Part shown: positions 1 to 8,041 of the stretch, one piece after another
How positions within the stretch are numbered: position 1 is the first letter of the stretch
Layout of the letters: each line of letters opens with the position of its first letter
DNA from: Polynucleobacter sp. MWH-Svant-W18
GTDB taxonomy: Bacteria; Pseudomonadota; Gammaproteobacteria; Burkholderiales; Burkholderiaceae
DNA length: 32,000 bases
Assembly (NCBI RefSeq): GCF_018687495.1
Contig: NZ_CP061293.1
Coordinates: forward strand, 1,721,242-1,753,241
Direction of reading: 5' to 3'
Notes under the pieces: model-generated
Databases searched by the model: none
Seen by the model: the letters and a program-made list of their open reading frames with translations, nothing else
Told to the model about the DNA's origin: nothing
Position numbers and translations under genes: made by a program

Positions 1-68
1 ACGCTACTACACGCGGATACAAATAAAACTAATAATGCCAATGGCAATATTTTTACAAATTTAAACAT
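1..68 (-). CDS. 5' end of a lipoprotein gene running off the left edge (partial)
   Basis: Reverse complement of 1-68 reads ATG TTT AAA TTT GTA... = MFKFVKILPLALLVLFVSACSS. This is a signal peptide with a lipobox-like VSAC. A GGGAA purine run lies about 8 nt upstream of the ATG (66-68). Absent from the ORF track because it is truncated. Confidence 0.45.
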   Translation of the reverse strand, partial: MFKFVKILPLALLVLFVSACSS

Positions 69-151
69 GATGATATTTCCCAAATATAGCTACACATCGG
101 TAGCCAAAAAACAAAGGGGCATGCCTTTAGAGCACGTCCCGCCCAAGAAGA

Positions 152-505
152 TTAGGCTGTAACTTTGGGTGGCTTAAAGGCTGAGTCGGGGAAGTTTTGC
201 GAAAACAAAACTTCATTTGCAATAGAAAACGTATCAACTGAAATCGGTGGAGAAAAAACAGTAATCCCAATTTCGGCAATGTTTGCAGTTACATGACTCA
301 TGAGGTACATGGTGTGAACCGGCTCTTTGTCATCTGCTGATTCTGCAATGTTCTGTACTTGCATCACTATTGAACCGTTGGCGTAACTATAAGCAAGCTC
401 TGCCCGCTCAATTGCGGCTTGAATAAAAATACTTCCAGCGGCCGCCTTGAATGCAATCATGAAAAAGCATATGAATAAAACCAGCGTTTTTTTGCGGAGC
501 AACAT
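152..505 (-). CDS. small exported or membrane-anchored protein, paralog family member 1 (C-terminal F-K-P-P-K motif)
   Basis: 117 aa with a hydrophobic N-terminus (LVLFICFFMIAFKAAAG). Near-identical in length and architecture to 3495..3848; many blocks are shared (GSIFIQAAIERA, HTM.LMSHVTANI.E.GITVFS, ANxVLFSQNFPDSAFKPPK). The 5' leader sequence is also shared. Confidence 0.65.
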   Translation of the reverse strand: MLLRKKTLVLFICFFMIAFKAAAGSIFIQAAIERAELAYSYANGSIVMQVQNIAESADDKEPVHTMYLMSHVTANIAEIGITVFSPPISVDTFSIANEVLFSQNFPDSAFKPPKVTA

Positions 506-536
506 GGTTCAGATTCTATACCCGATTACCAAATTT

Positions 537-551
537 GTCGTTTTAAACGAC
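537..551. repeat. 15-bp palindrome, GTCG variant (GTCGTTTTAAACGAC)
   Basis: Perfect dyad 32 nt upstream of the start of 152..505. The paralogous leader at 3880..3894 carries GTCC...GGAC at the same position, a compensated change. Confidence 0.8.
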
Positions 552-577
552 ACGCTACCCAACCTATGCAAATAAAA

Positions 578-595
578 AACCACCCTAAGGTGGTT
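578..595 (-). terminator. rho-independent terminator-like hairpin
   Basis: AACCACC-CTAA-GGTGGTT. On the minus strand it is followed by TTTTTATTT. Confidence 0.5.
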
Positions 596-708
596 AGTGT
601 CTCCTCCAACCGATAACGATCTTGAATTGGCTTTTGCTATGACAATTCAATTTAGCTCTAAGTAGGGCGGAATATAGCTAGGACTAACCCTTGGGCGTAA
701 TTAGAAAT

Positions 709-769
709 GTCGTTTTAAACGACATCGACTGGCGCAGGGATGTCTACTTGATTTGTCCTTTTAAAGGAC
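709..769. repeat. 61-bp composite three-hairpin element, copy 1
   Basis: GTCGTTTTAAACGAC, then ATC..GACTGGCGCAGGGATGTC (GACATC/GATGTC arms), then GTCCTTTTAAAGGAC. Same architecture as 7607..7667 and 19289..19349. Confidence 0.8.
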
Positions 770-790
770 ATTATTGAGACTTAATCGAAA

Positions 791-814
791 AAAACCACCC
801 CGGAGGGTGGTTTT
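791..814 (-). terminator. pstS terminator (bidirectional hairpin)
   Basis: AAAACCACCC-CGGA-GGGTGGTTTT, a 10-bp stem 21 nt after the pstS stop, with A/T runs on both sides. Confidence 0.8.
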
Positions 815-834
815 GATTACCAAAATTAAGTAGA

Positions 835-1872
835 TTACTTAGTATCAACCTGTGACCAGACACTCTTACGAATGAAGTTGGTAGTAGCATCGGGCATTGG
901 CACATAGTCCAAATCTGAAGCCATTTTCTTGCCATCTTTAAAGCCAAAATCAAAAAACTTGATGGTTTCTGATGCGGTAGCTTTGTTTTCAGGTTTTTTG
1001 TAAATCACCACAAACGTAGCGCCAGTAATTGGCCAAGCGTTGGCGCCAGGCGCATTAGTAATGAAAGTATTCATGCCTGGAAACTTAGACCAGTCAGTTC
1101 CTGCAGAAGCCGCCGCGAAAGAGGCCGCTGTTGGCTCTACAAACTTCTCTTCAGCATTCTTCATTTGTGTGTAACTCATATTGTTCTTCTTAGCGTATGC
1201 ATACTCTACATAGCCGATTGAATTCTTAATACGAGCTATGTTTGCCGATACCCCTTCGTTGCCCTTACCGCTGACAGTTGACGGAGCTGGCCACTTCACA
1301 GAAGCACCAAAACCAACTGCATCTTTCCAGCCTTTGTTTACCTTAGAAAGATAATTAGTAAAGATCGCTGTTGTACCAGAACCATCAGCACGAGTAACAA
1401 CTGTAATCTCACCGGCAGGAATTTGAAGGCCAGGGTTAAGCAACTTAATACGCTTGTCGTTCCAGTTTGCGATTGTTCCTTGGAAAATATCAGACAGCAC
1501 ATCACTTGATAGCTTCAGTTGACCTGGCTTTATGCCTTCAATATTAACAACAGGTACTACGCCACCAATAATTGCTGGGAACTGAACCATCCCACTCGCC
1601 TCTAATTCTTCAAAACTCATAGGAGCGTCAGTAGCACCAAAATCAACTGTCTTAGCTTTAATTTGTTTGATACCACCACCGGATCCAATTGACTGGTAGT
1701 TCAAGTTATTACCTGTTTTCGCTTTAAAAGCTTCAGACCATTTAGAGAGTACTGGATAGATAAAAGAGGAGCCTGCGCCAGTGATATCTGTTGCCTGAGC
1801 AACCTGTACAAACACAGATGAGCAAGCAATGAACATGCCCGCAGTGATAACTTTCTTAAACTGTTGTTTCAT
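835..1872 (-). CDS. pstS: phosphate ABC transporter substrate-binding protein PstS
   Basis: 345 aa with a signal peptide. Contains TGAGSSFIYPVLSKWSEAFK, NYQSIGSGGGIKQ and DFGATDAPM blocks typical of PstS. Confidence 0.93.
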   Translation of the reverse strand: MKQQFKKVITAGMFIACSSVFVQVAQATDITGAGSSFIYPVLSKWSEAFKAKTGNNLNYQSIGSGGGIKQIKAKTVDFGATDAPMSFEELEASGMVQFPAIIGGVVPVVNIEGIKPGQLKLSSDVLSDIFQGTIANWNDKRIKLLNPGLQIPAGEITVVTRADGSGTTAIFTNYLSKVNKGWKDAVGFGASVKWPAPSTVSGKGNEGVSANIARIKNSIGYVEYAYAKKNNMSYTQMKNAEEKFVEPTAASFAAASAGTDWSKFPGMNTFITNAPGANAWPITGATFVVIYKKPENKATASETIKFFDFGFKDGKKMASDLDYVPMPDATTNFIRKSVWSQVDTK

Positions 1873-1955
1873 AAAAAATCCTTATTAAATTAAAAAATAC
1901 ATAACATTGCGCCCCAAAGTGGAATCCCTTGGGGTTTAAAAATTGAAAACGTGAT

Positions 1956-2297
1956 TTAGGCTATGGACCGAGGTGGTCTAAAGATTCGACTAGAAATTAT
2001 CTTCAAGTGGGGATTTGAGTACTCGGCAATATTTGTGATGATAGCTTTAGTATTTCTCAATTCTGGCTTAGGATCAGATTCAAGATATCCCAGCACATGA
2101 GATGAAAACTGAAAATAGTTGGCGTTTTTAATATCTTGATTAGATGATTTTGAAAGGCAAAAGTTCTTTGATGCTACGCCGTTAATCTTGTGAACTTGCC
2201 CTAATCCATTTTGAACAAAAGCCGCCGCAGAAGTGCATTTAAAGGCAACAATAAAAATACAGATTAGAGTTACCAGCAGTTTTGATGAGCTACGCAT
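1956..2297 (-). CDS. small exported protein, divergent paralog (C-terminal F-R-P-P-R motif)
   Basis: The ORF track starts at 2339. The ATG at 2297 gives MRSSSKLLVTLICIFIVAFKCTSAAAF, which aligns with the N-termini of 152..505 and 3495..3848. The C-terminus SRIFRPPRSIA matches the family motif. Confidence 0.55.
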   Translation of the reverse strand: MRSSSKLLVTLICIFIVAFKCTSAAAFVQNGLGQVHKINGVASKNFCLSKSSNQDIKNANYFQFSSHVLGYLESDPKPELRNTKAIITNIAEYSNPHLKIISSRIFRPPRSIA

Positions 2298-2408
2298 TTG
2301 CTGACACTCTAGTTTGGATAAATGACAGTTATATGACAATAGATGCCAATTTAGCTACACCTCTAACCATCCAAAGCAAAATATCGGGATTTTTTAATTC
2401 ATACATCA

Positions 2409-2433
2409 GAACCGTCCTTTAAAAGGACGGTTC
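2409..2433. repeat. extended palindrome containing the 15-bp motif
   Basis: GAACCGTCC-TTTAAAA-GGACGGTTC, a 9-bp stem 15 nt after the stop of 2448..2756. No T-run follows on the minus strand. Confidence 0.8.
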
Positions 2434-2447
2434 TTAAATACCCATTC

Positions 2448-2756
2448 CTACCAGCCTCCTAATCGATGCTGAGCCCCTATGTGGTTTCCGGTTGCTCGCA
2501 TATGATTTTTGCAATAAGGACAAGTGATACCGTCCCATGGCTCCAAATAATCCCCTGAACCACAAGCTCTACATAAGGGCTTAAAGGGAAGCTCAGCACT
2601 AATGCTCTCTGAATTGGGAACGGTATAGGTATCGATCAAGGCGCATGAGCTACAAGTCATGGCTACCTCAGAGGAGCGAGGACCAAGCTCGGTACCAATA
2701 CCACTAATGCATTCATATTTACAAGATTTACATAAAAATTTGTACTTGGTCGCCAT
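2448..2756 (-). CDS. cysteine-rich zinc-ribbon protein, function unknown
   Basis: 102 aa with four CxxC pairs (CKSCKYEC, CSSC, CRAC, CPYC). Stop-start distance to the upstream gene is 3 nt. Confidence 0.6.
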   Translation of the reverse strand: MATKYKFLCKSCKYECISGIGTELGPRSSEVAMTCSSCALIDTYTVPNSESISAELPFKPLCRACGSGDYLEPWDGITCPYCKNHMRATGNHIGAQHRLGGW

Positions 2757-2759
2757 AGA

Positions 2760-3278
2760 TTAACTCCCTTGATAGTCTTTCATGACCTCAGTCCACTTGT
2801 CGTTGGTGTAATGCAACCGCATTTGTCGCTCTTGATTGGCAACGCCAATGGTAATTTTTTTATTGACTAGGTCGCTATAAACATCGTCTACTTTAGAGTA
2901 GTAATACTCAAAAACTGCGACCATTTCTGGCTTTGGAAATTCCTTAGCAATGCCACGACATTGCATTGTTTCTTCCTTAAATTGTTTGAGTTCCATAGCC
3001 TGCTGATCAGTAATGAATTCTGTTGAACTCAATAACTTTTTTGCATTGGGATTATTGGGCAAAATAATGATGATGTTGGCATTCACATCTTTCGCATCAT
3101 CCTTAGCATTTACTTGGGCAATACAACTAATCATTTTTTTTCGAACCGTCTCTACTTGTTTTTGTATTGCGTCTTTACTCTCAATGGTTGCCATAGTATT
3201 ACTAGATTTATTGCTGGCACAACCGGCTAACATCAGGGTCAAAAGACAAATTCCTCTAAATAACTTTTTCATAATCAT
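2760..3278 (-). CDS. lipoprotein, function unknown
   Basis: 172 aa. MIMKKLFRGICLLTLMLAGCASN is a signal peptide with the lipobox LAGC. Confidence 0.65.
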   Translation of the reverse strand: MIMKKLFRGICLLTLMLAGCASNKSSNTMATIESKDAIQKQVETVRKKMISCIAQVNAKDDAKDVNANIIIILPNNPNAKKLLSSTEFITDQQAMELKQFKEETMQCRGIAKEFPKPEMVAVFEYYYSKVDDVYSDLVNKKITIGVANQERQMRLHYTNDKWTEVMKDYQGS

Positions 3279-3494
3279 TTCCTAATAATGGGTCGTCTGA
3301 AGGTTTAGTGATAAACAATGTCAGCACGATAGTTTTCTTTAAATACCGCTTCTGTCTAAGATAGGTTGGCTGGCTTTTCTTTTCCATAGCTCACGGCTTT
3401 AAGCTGAGCATGGTGGGGTTTCCCAAACATAGCTAAACGTTAGTAGCTATATGGCAAATGAAAACGCCACTATGACAAACCGAACCTAAAAATA

Positions 3495-3848
3495 TTAGGC
3501 TGTAGCTTTGGGTGGTTTAAACGCTGAGTCAGGAAAGTTTTGCGAAAACAAAACTTTATTTGCTATAGCAAATTGAATTGGGGTCTTGGGTAGGGAAAAA
3601 ACGGTTATTCCAGCCTCGCTAATGTTTGCAGTCACATGACTCATTAGATGCATGGTGTGAACCTGATGCTTATCGGTGAATGACCCAGCACTCTCATACG
3701 ACTGCTGTGAGATTGGTACATTGGCATAAGAGCTATCAATCTGCGCTCGCTCTATTGCGGCTTGAATAAAAATACTTCCAGCGGCCACCTTAAATGCGAT
3801 CATGAAGAGGCAAATGAATAAAACGAGTGTTTTACTACGAGGCAACAT
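3495..3848 (-). CDS. small exported protein, paralog family member 2
   Basis: 117 aa, collinear with 152..505 (see that entry). Ends in SAFKPPKATA. Confidence 0.65.
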   Translation of the reverse strand: MLPRSKTLVLFICLFMIAFKVAAGSIFIQAAIERAQIDSSYANVPISQQSYESAGSFTDKHQVHTMHLMSHVTANISEAGITVFSLPKTPIQFAIANKVLFSQNFPDSAFKPPKATA

Positions 3849-3879
3849 GGTTCAAATTCTATACCTGATTACCAAATTT

Positions 3880-3894
3880 GTCCTTTTAAAGGAC
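3880..3894. repeat. 15-bp palindrome GTCCTTTTAAAGGAC
   Basis: Perfect dyad, 32 nt upstream of the start of 3495..3848. Confidence 0.8.
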
Positions 3895-3938
3895 GTTTCA
3901 GTGAGCGCCTATTTAATCGACGCTTAGGTTAAGGGATG

Positions 3939-3964
3939 GCGAGAGCCAACTTCAGAGCTCTCGC
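3939..3964 (-). terminator. hairpin after the YeeE/YedE pair (weak terminator)
   Basis: GCGAGAGC-N10-GCTCTCGC, 7 nt after the stop at 3971. No clear T-run. Confidence 0.3.
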
Positions 3965-3970
3965 ATACCT

Positions 3971-4501
3971 TCAAAGTCCTTTTTTCTCAAACCAGCGAAA
4001 CATACCAAGAGTAATCAACGCGAATACTACGGCAACAACCCATTGATTAACGCCAAGAGTCTCGGGTAATCCAATCTTTCCTAAGTCGGCCCAAGCAAGC
4101 ACCGTTGATTTAAAGAATGGATACATTTGGGCATAAATTCCTGCGCCAACTACCATGCCAATAACTCCAAAGATTGCAGTCCAGCGACCTTCACCAACTG
4201 CGCCTACTGAGGTGCCAGGACAATAGCCCAAGACTGCCCAACCCACACCAAACAATGCGCCGCCCACCAAAATGCCACCGACATTCATTGCTTTAAGGCT
4301 CAATGTAATAAGCCCCATCTCATGCAAAGCTAAAACACCAAACATACCCACAACAATGGCTGAGAGCATGAACTTAAATATTGTCATGTCTTTTAATAGC
4401 AATGCGGCAACTTGCTTGTCATAGCGTAGAACACGCCCTTTTTGTAATAAGAAACCAAAGATAACGCCAGTTGCTAATCCTAATAGTTGATCTATAGACA
4501 T
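3971..4501 (-). CDS. YeeE/YedE-family sulfur-compound transporter, half-size subunit
   Basis: 176 aa, polytopic. N-terminus GVIFGFLLQKGRV and GYCPGTSVGAVGEG are typical of the sulphur-transport domain. 2-nt gap to its partner. Confidence 0.75.
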   Translation of the reverse strand: MSIDQLLGLATGVIFGFLLQKGRVLRYDKQVAALLLKDMTIFKFMLSAIVVGMFGVLALHEMGLITLSLKAMNVGGILVGGALFGVGWAVLGYCPGTSVGAVGEGRWTAIFGVIGMVVGAGIYAQMYPFFKSTVLAWADLGKIGLPETLGVNQWVVAVVFALITLGMFRWFEKKGL

Positions 4502-4503
4502 GA

Positions 4504-5058
4504 TTAGCTTGCCTTTCTGTACATGAAGCTTGCGACGATGACGCCAAAACCAAAGAACATGGCTAATGCGACAAAAGAACTTACTGATAACTGCATCATG
4601 CCGCTCAGTCCATGTCCACTAGGACAGCCATCGGCTAAGCGAGCGCCAATCATTGCCACGATGCCGCCAACAAAAGCAAATACAGCACGCTTTGGAACTG
4701 AAGAGCCAAAACGTTTTTCCCATAATGGTGGCAAGCTTTCTAACTTAAAACTGCCATCCATTTTTGAGGAAAGCAATGCGCCAAAGAAGATGCCAATCAC
4801 CATGAGAAATTGCCAATCAATGACAACCTTTTCTTTTGCGTAATAAACATTTTGTGCAACATAGCTAGGGTCTACCACTTGAACTGCTAGACCTGCCGCG
4901 CGAACAAAAGTAGTTGATGCTCCTAAGTAGGTGGACTTGCCCATATAAACGGTAGTCAGATAGACAGAAACAATAGCCAGTACTCCAACTAAGGCTCCTG
5001 CCAAATAGGGGCTCCACCCTTTAGAGCTAGATGCTCTAGTTTGTTCTGGATTGATCAT
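4504..5058 (-). CDS. YeeE/YedE-family sulfur-compound transporter, half-size subunit
   Basis: 184 aa, polytopic. The motif ARLADGCPSGHGLSG carries the conserved Cys of the family. Confidence 0.75.
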   Translation of the reverse strand: MINPEQTRASSSKGWSPYLAGALVGVLAIVSVYLTTVYMGKSTYLGASTTFVRAAGLAVQVVDPSYVAQNVYYAKEKVVIDWQFLMVIGIFFGALLSSKMDGSFKLESLPPLWEKRFGSSVPKRAVFAFVGGIVAMIGARLADGCPSGHGLSGMMQLSVSSFVALAMFFGFGVIVASFMYRKAS

Positions 5059-5103
5059 CGTAAATCCTTATCATTGATTTGCTTGTTAGCTGTTGGCAAA
5101 AGA

Positions 5104-5316
5104 TTACTTAGAACAACTGCCATTGCCACGGCCAGCGCCACAAGAATTGATTCCCAAGATTGGATACATTGGGCAGAACTTAAATAAGCCAGTTGCCAAA
5201 GGAATAATGCCAATCCAGCCCCATACGCCAACCACATTGCTTGCGGCTAAACCAACTAAGACCAGTCCAACAGAGATGCGTAGTACGCGATCGATACGGC
5301 CAACATTACATTTCAT
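5104..5316 (-). CDS. DUF2892 (YgaP-like) small membrane protein
   Basis: 70 aa. MKCNVGRIDRVLRISVGLVLVGL followed by FCPMYPILGI is the characteristic DUF2892 pattern. Confidence 0.75.
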   Translation of the reverse strand: MKCNVGRIDRVLRISVGLVLVGLAASNVVGVWGWIGIIPLATGLFKFCPMYPILGINSCGAGRGNGSCSK

Positions 5317-5377
5317 ATAACCCCCATTAATTATTATTTTTGCTTTGTTAAGACTATGCTCATAAGCACCAAGCCAT

Positions 5378-5391
5378 TTGATCTATATCAA
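5378..5391. promoter_or_regulatory. Crp/Fnr-type box TTGAT-CTAT-ATCAA
   Basis: Perfect TTGAT-N4-ATCAA dyad centred about 68 nt upstream of the DUF2892 start codon (5316). Two Crp/Fnr regulators are encoded within 2 kb. Confidence 0.6.
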
Positions 5392-5453
5392 TAACTTGTC
5401 TGCATTGAGCGGTGTTACCACCCGAAGGTGGCTTCTACCCACGCTCAACTGAT

Positions 5454-5831
5454 TTATCCGCAGTTTCTGCCTGACATCATTTGCGGACCATGTCCTGCAG
5501 GCAAAGTAATGCCTTTTTCTTTGGCGCGCTTTTCCATCTCTGTATGCGTAGCTGTCATGATTGCTTGACGCTCTTCTACTGTTTTGGCATCCATCATCTT
5601 GTCCATCATGGCAAGTCTTTCGGCTGGCGTCATTAACTCGCGCATGATTTTCATGTTGGCGTTTTGCTCCATCATCTGACCTTGCATCATTTGGCCGCGC
5701 ATCATGCCTGGGCCTATGCCATTACCCATTGGACCTGGCTGAGCATAGGCTACAGCCAATCCAAGACCCATGACAGTGGCAACGCTAATTGCAATTTTGT
5801 TTACAGTTTTCATTTTGAATTTCCTATTCAT
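5454..5831 (-). CDS. Met-rich periplasmic protein
   Basis: 125 aa with a signal peptide (VATVMGLGLAVAYA). Contains the run GMMRGQMMQGQMMEQNANMKIM. 4-nt gap after the HMA gene. Confidence 0.6.
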   Translation of the reverse strand: MNRKFKMKTVNKIAISVATVMGLGLAVAYAQPGPMGNGIGPGMMRGQMMQGQMMEQNANMKIMRELMTPAERLAMMDKMMDAKTVEERQAIMTATHTEMEKRAKEKGITLPAGHGPQMMSGRNCG

Positions 5832-5835
5832 TTAG

Positions 5836-6114
5836 TTAGTTACAGCAACAACTTGTGCCACTCTTACAAGAACCACTCTTAGCCTTTGCTTGAGGCGATG
5901 CATCAGAACTGATCTTTGCGGGATAACCATCCTCTTCTAATGCCGCAATAATCTCTTTTACCTGTTGCGAGATATTGCCTTCAACCTTGACTGCGCCAGA
6001 GGCAAGATCTACCTCAACCTTTTGCACCCCAGCAATTGAATTAATGGCTTTTTCAACATGCTTTACGCAAGCACCACAAGTCATTCCACTTACCGTTAAA
6101 TTGATTGTTTCCAT
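5836..6114 (-). CDS. heavy-metal-associated (HMA) metallochaperone with C-terminal Cys cluster
   Basis: 92 aa. Has the GMTCGAC metal-binding motif in a ferredoxin-like HMA fold. The tail SGSCKSGTSCCCN carries five Cys. No signal peptide. Confidence 0.85.
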   Translation of the reverse strand: METINLTVSGMTCGACVKHVEKAINSIAGVQKVEVDLASGAVKVEGNISQQVKEIIAALEEDGYPAKISSDASPQAKAKSGSCKSGTSCCCN

Positions 6115-6164
6115 ACCAACCTCCTTTGTATGAATTGATTATTCGCTCAATCATCCAAAGAGCG

Positions 6165-6180
6165 TATGATTTAAATCATA
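6165..6180. promoter_or_regulatory. Crp/Fnr-like dyad TATGAT-TTAA-ATCATA
   Basis: 16-bp perfect palindrome with a TGAT-N4-ATCA core in the divergent region. Centred about 58 nt upstream of the HMA start, and its last base is the A of the regulator's ATG at 6180. Confidence 0.5.
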
Positions 6181-6785
6181 TGGACATCTATATTCCTGAA
6201 CTGCTAAAGGAGCTCCTGCCCAAAGGACTATTGGGGCAATGTCATGCCCATCACTTTGAAAAAGGTGATTACCTTTTCCATCAGGGCAAAAAACCTGAAT
6301 ACATGTTCTTTATTGTTTCGGGCGAAGCTGTTCTTACGAGAATCAGTAGCCATGGAGAGCCCACTACATTACAAAGATGTAAGGGTGGCTTTGTCAGTGA
6401 AGCCAGTTTGTTAGTAGATGCTTATCACTGTGATGCTATTGCGACTCACAATGGACAAGCGATCACGCTACCCATTAAATCTTTAAGAGAAGCACTCGCC
6501 GATAGCAAGTTCTCAATGAAATGGGTGCAGTTGCTAAGCAAAGAGATCATGCGCCTTCGAACACAATCTGAACGATTGGGACTCAAAGACATTCGCAGTA
6601 AATTAATTCATCTGATTGAGACCGAAGGCAAACAAGGCGTATTGACACTTCAGTCTGATTTCAAGTCCATGGCTTCAGAGATTGGGGTGACGCATGAGGC
6701 CTTATATAGGGCTATCGCCACATTAGAAAAAGAAGGTCTACTAGAAAAACATCCTGATTCCTTGGAATTGCTGAAGAAAAAATGA
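6180..6785 (+). CDS. Crp/Fnr-family transcriptional regulator
   Basis: Has a cNMP-binding-like beta-roll (FFIVSGEAVL) and a C-terminal HTH (MASEIGVTHEALYRAIATLEKEGL). The track start at 6105 is a TTG that overlaps the HMA gene, so the ATG at 6180 (MDIYIPELL) is preferred. Confidence 0.8.
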   Translation: MDIYIPELLKELLPKGLLGQCHAHHFEKGDYLFHQGKKPEYMFFIVSGEAVLTRISSHGEPTTLQRCKGGFVSEASLLVDAYHCDAIATHNGQAITLPIKSLREALADSKFSMKWVQLLSKEIMRLRTQSERLGLKDIRSKLIHLIETEGKQGVLTLQSDFKSMASEIGVTHEALYRAIATLEKEGLLEKHPDSLELLKKK

Positions 6786-6788
6786 TCC

Positions 6789-6803
6789 GTACTTTTAAAG
6801 GAC
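6789..6803. repeat. imperfect copy of the 15-bp palindrome (GTACTTTTAAAGGAC)
   Basis: One mismatch. Lies between the convergent stops at 6785 and 6834. Confidence 0.5.
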
Positions 6804-6833
6804 ATTTCTGGATCATGCCCTCCAATAGAAGGG

Positions 6834-7550
6834 CTAAATTCCCTTTTCAGAGAAGTTACGTAATGTGTCGATATTGGGAATTTGTACGGAAAGACGGGTA
6901 ATGTTGCTAATTAAGCCTTGATCAGCCATAGATGCCAAAGCCCTGCTAATCGTCTCAAATTTGACATCCATCATCAAACCCATGTCTTCGCGCTTAAACA
7001 GCGGCGCAATGGCAAAGGATCCCGATTGTTTGGCTAACTTTAAAAGGAAGCGGGCAAGACGCACCTCGATTCTTCCGGTATTAATCTCCGAGAACCATGA
7101 TTCTGATTGGGATAATGCTTCACCCCATTTCTTAACAATTTGACGATGAAGTCTTGGAGACTCCTCGCCTAAAGAAGAAATAATTGATTTAGGGATTTTG
7201 CATAAATGAATATTTGTAAGGGCAACTGCAGAATGCTCATAACGCTCACCCAATAAAGCCTCCATGCCAAATAGATTTCCTGGCATTACTACCCTAATAA
7301 TTCTGCTAGAGCCATCTGGGTTGACATGCAGTAATTTGATATAACCCTCTCGAAGGGTATATAGATCTTGTGCGGTATCTCCTTGGGCATAAATGCTCGA
7401 ATAAGCCTCAAAGCTCAAATCATCTATTGGACTATGGATCTTTGAAAAGTCTTCTTCATTGAGTTCAGCAAATAATGCAGAACTCCTAATAGAGCATGCC
7501 TCACAATTACTCTTGCCCTTCCATGCACTTTTGATTTCTATGGTCTTCAT
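6834..7550 (-). CDS. Crp/Fnr-family regulator with an FNR-like N-terminal Cys pair
   Basis: 238 aa. NCEACSIRSSALFAELNEEDF parallels the FNR N-terminus but has only a CxxC. C-terminal HTH is ISRALASMADQGLI. Confidence 0.8.
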   Translation of the reverse strand: MKTIEIKSAWKGKSNCEACSIRSSALFAELNEEDFSKIHSPIDDLSFEAYSSIYAQGDTAQDLYTLREGYIKLLHVNPDGSSRIIRVVMPGNLFGMEALLGERYEHSAVALTNIHLCKIPKSIISSLGEESPRLHRQIVKKWGEALSQSESWFSEINTGRIEVRLARFLLKLAKQSGSFAIAPLFKREDMGLMMDVKFETISRALASMADQGLISNITRLSVQIPNIDTLRNFSEKGI

Positions 7551-7606
7551 TGGCTTTATTAAGTGGGCATTTAGACTCGAATGTTAAGAGCCTATTTTAC
7601 AGTTTT

Positions 7607-7667
7607 GTCGTTTTAAACGACATTGACTGACACAGGGATGTTTAATTGACATGTCCTTTTAAGGGAC
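7607..7667. repeat. 61-bp composite three-hairpin element, copy 2
   Basis: GTCGTTTTAAACGAC..GACTGACACAGGGATGT..GTCCTTTTAAGGGAC. Same length and order as 19289..19349 and occupies the same position relative to the tRNA 3' end. Confidence 0.8.
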
Positions 7668-7719
7668 GGTTCTAGATGGGGATATCCAAGACTAATGGTG
7701 GCTAACCCTGCCAAGCCAT

Positions 7720-7748
7720 AAAAGAAAATAGCCCAACAAGTGGGCTAT
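7720..7748 (-). terminator. terminator following the displaced tRNA-Phe 3' half
   Basis: ATAGCCCA-ACAAG-TGGGCTAT. On the minus strand it is followed by TTTCTTTT. Confidence 0.6.
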
Positions 7749-7757
7749 TGTGATTCT

Positions 7758-7802
7758 TGGTGGCCCGGGGCGGAATCGAACCACCGACACAAGGATTTTC
7801 AA
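7758..7802 (-). repeat. displaced 3' half of tRNA-Phe (att-type direct repeat)
   Basis: 45/45 identity to 19440..19484, i.e. CCA end through T-arm to the anticodon loop TTGAAAA. Beyond 7802 the similarity collapses and no acceptor 5' strand can pair. Confidence 0.85.
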
Positions 7803-8023
7803 CTCTGTCCCCCAGACTAAACTCCCGCTAGATCTCAAAAGGTTCACCCCACCATAGGCTAACTTTGTGCACAAAACTTTCTTGGGTGTTTGTATGGGGT
7901 TGATTTGGTTGAGTTATTTTGACCCACGCAAGGAGTGAGAGAAAGTTTGGTGGCGTAGTGGGGATTTGACTGACGCAAGGATGTGATGTCCTTGTCGTGA
8001 TCGGTGTACCCCGTGCATGAACC

Positions 8024-8038
8024 GTCCTTTTAAAGGAC
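8024..8038. repeat. 15-bp palindrome GTCCTTTTAAAGGAC
   Basis: Perfect dyad 4 nt after the stop of 8042..8419. Confidence 0.8.
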
Positions 8039-8041
8039 AGG

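Noticed and set aside
4523-4843. Antisense or shadow ORFs inside long genes (4523..4843, 3013..3285, 6961..7143, 12577..12777, 15519..16085, 16255..16452, 18151..18587, 20387..21581, 21904..22107, 22673..22867, 24593..24826, 25056..25534, 27396..27851, 30963..31950)
   Set aside because: Each lies within or opposite a longer ORF that has clear family motifs. None has an SD or a recognisable motif. Low-complexity translations are typical of shadow frames.
5055-5237. 60-aa minus-strand ORF overlapping the DUF2892 gene, plus the plus-strand ORF 5093..5320
   Set aside because: The 5104..5316 frame gives a textbook DUF2892 sequence. The alternative frames have no recognisable features.
7758-7833. 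Possible second functional tRNA at the left boundary
   Set aside because: Only the 3' 45 nt match tRNA-Phe. The would-be 5' strand (reverse complement of about 7827-7833, ATCTAGC) cannot pair with the acceptor 3' strand CCGGGCC, and the D-arm region is degenerate. I treat it as an att fragment or pseudo-tRNA.
7692-7874. 60-aa minus-strand ORF
   Set aside because: It covers the displaced tRNA-Phe 3' half and its terminator and has no independent support.
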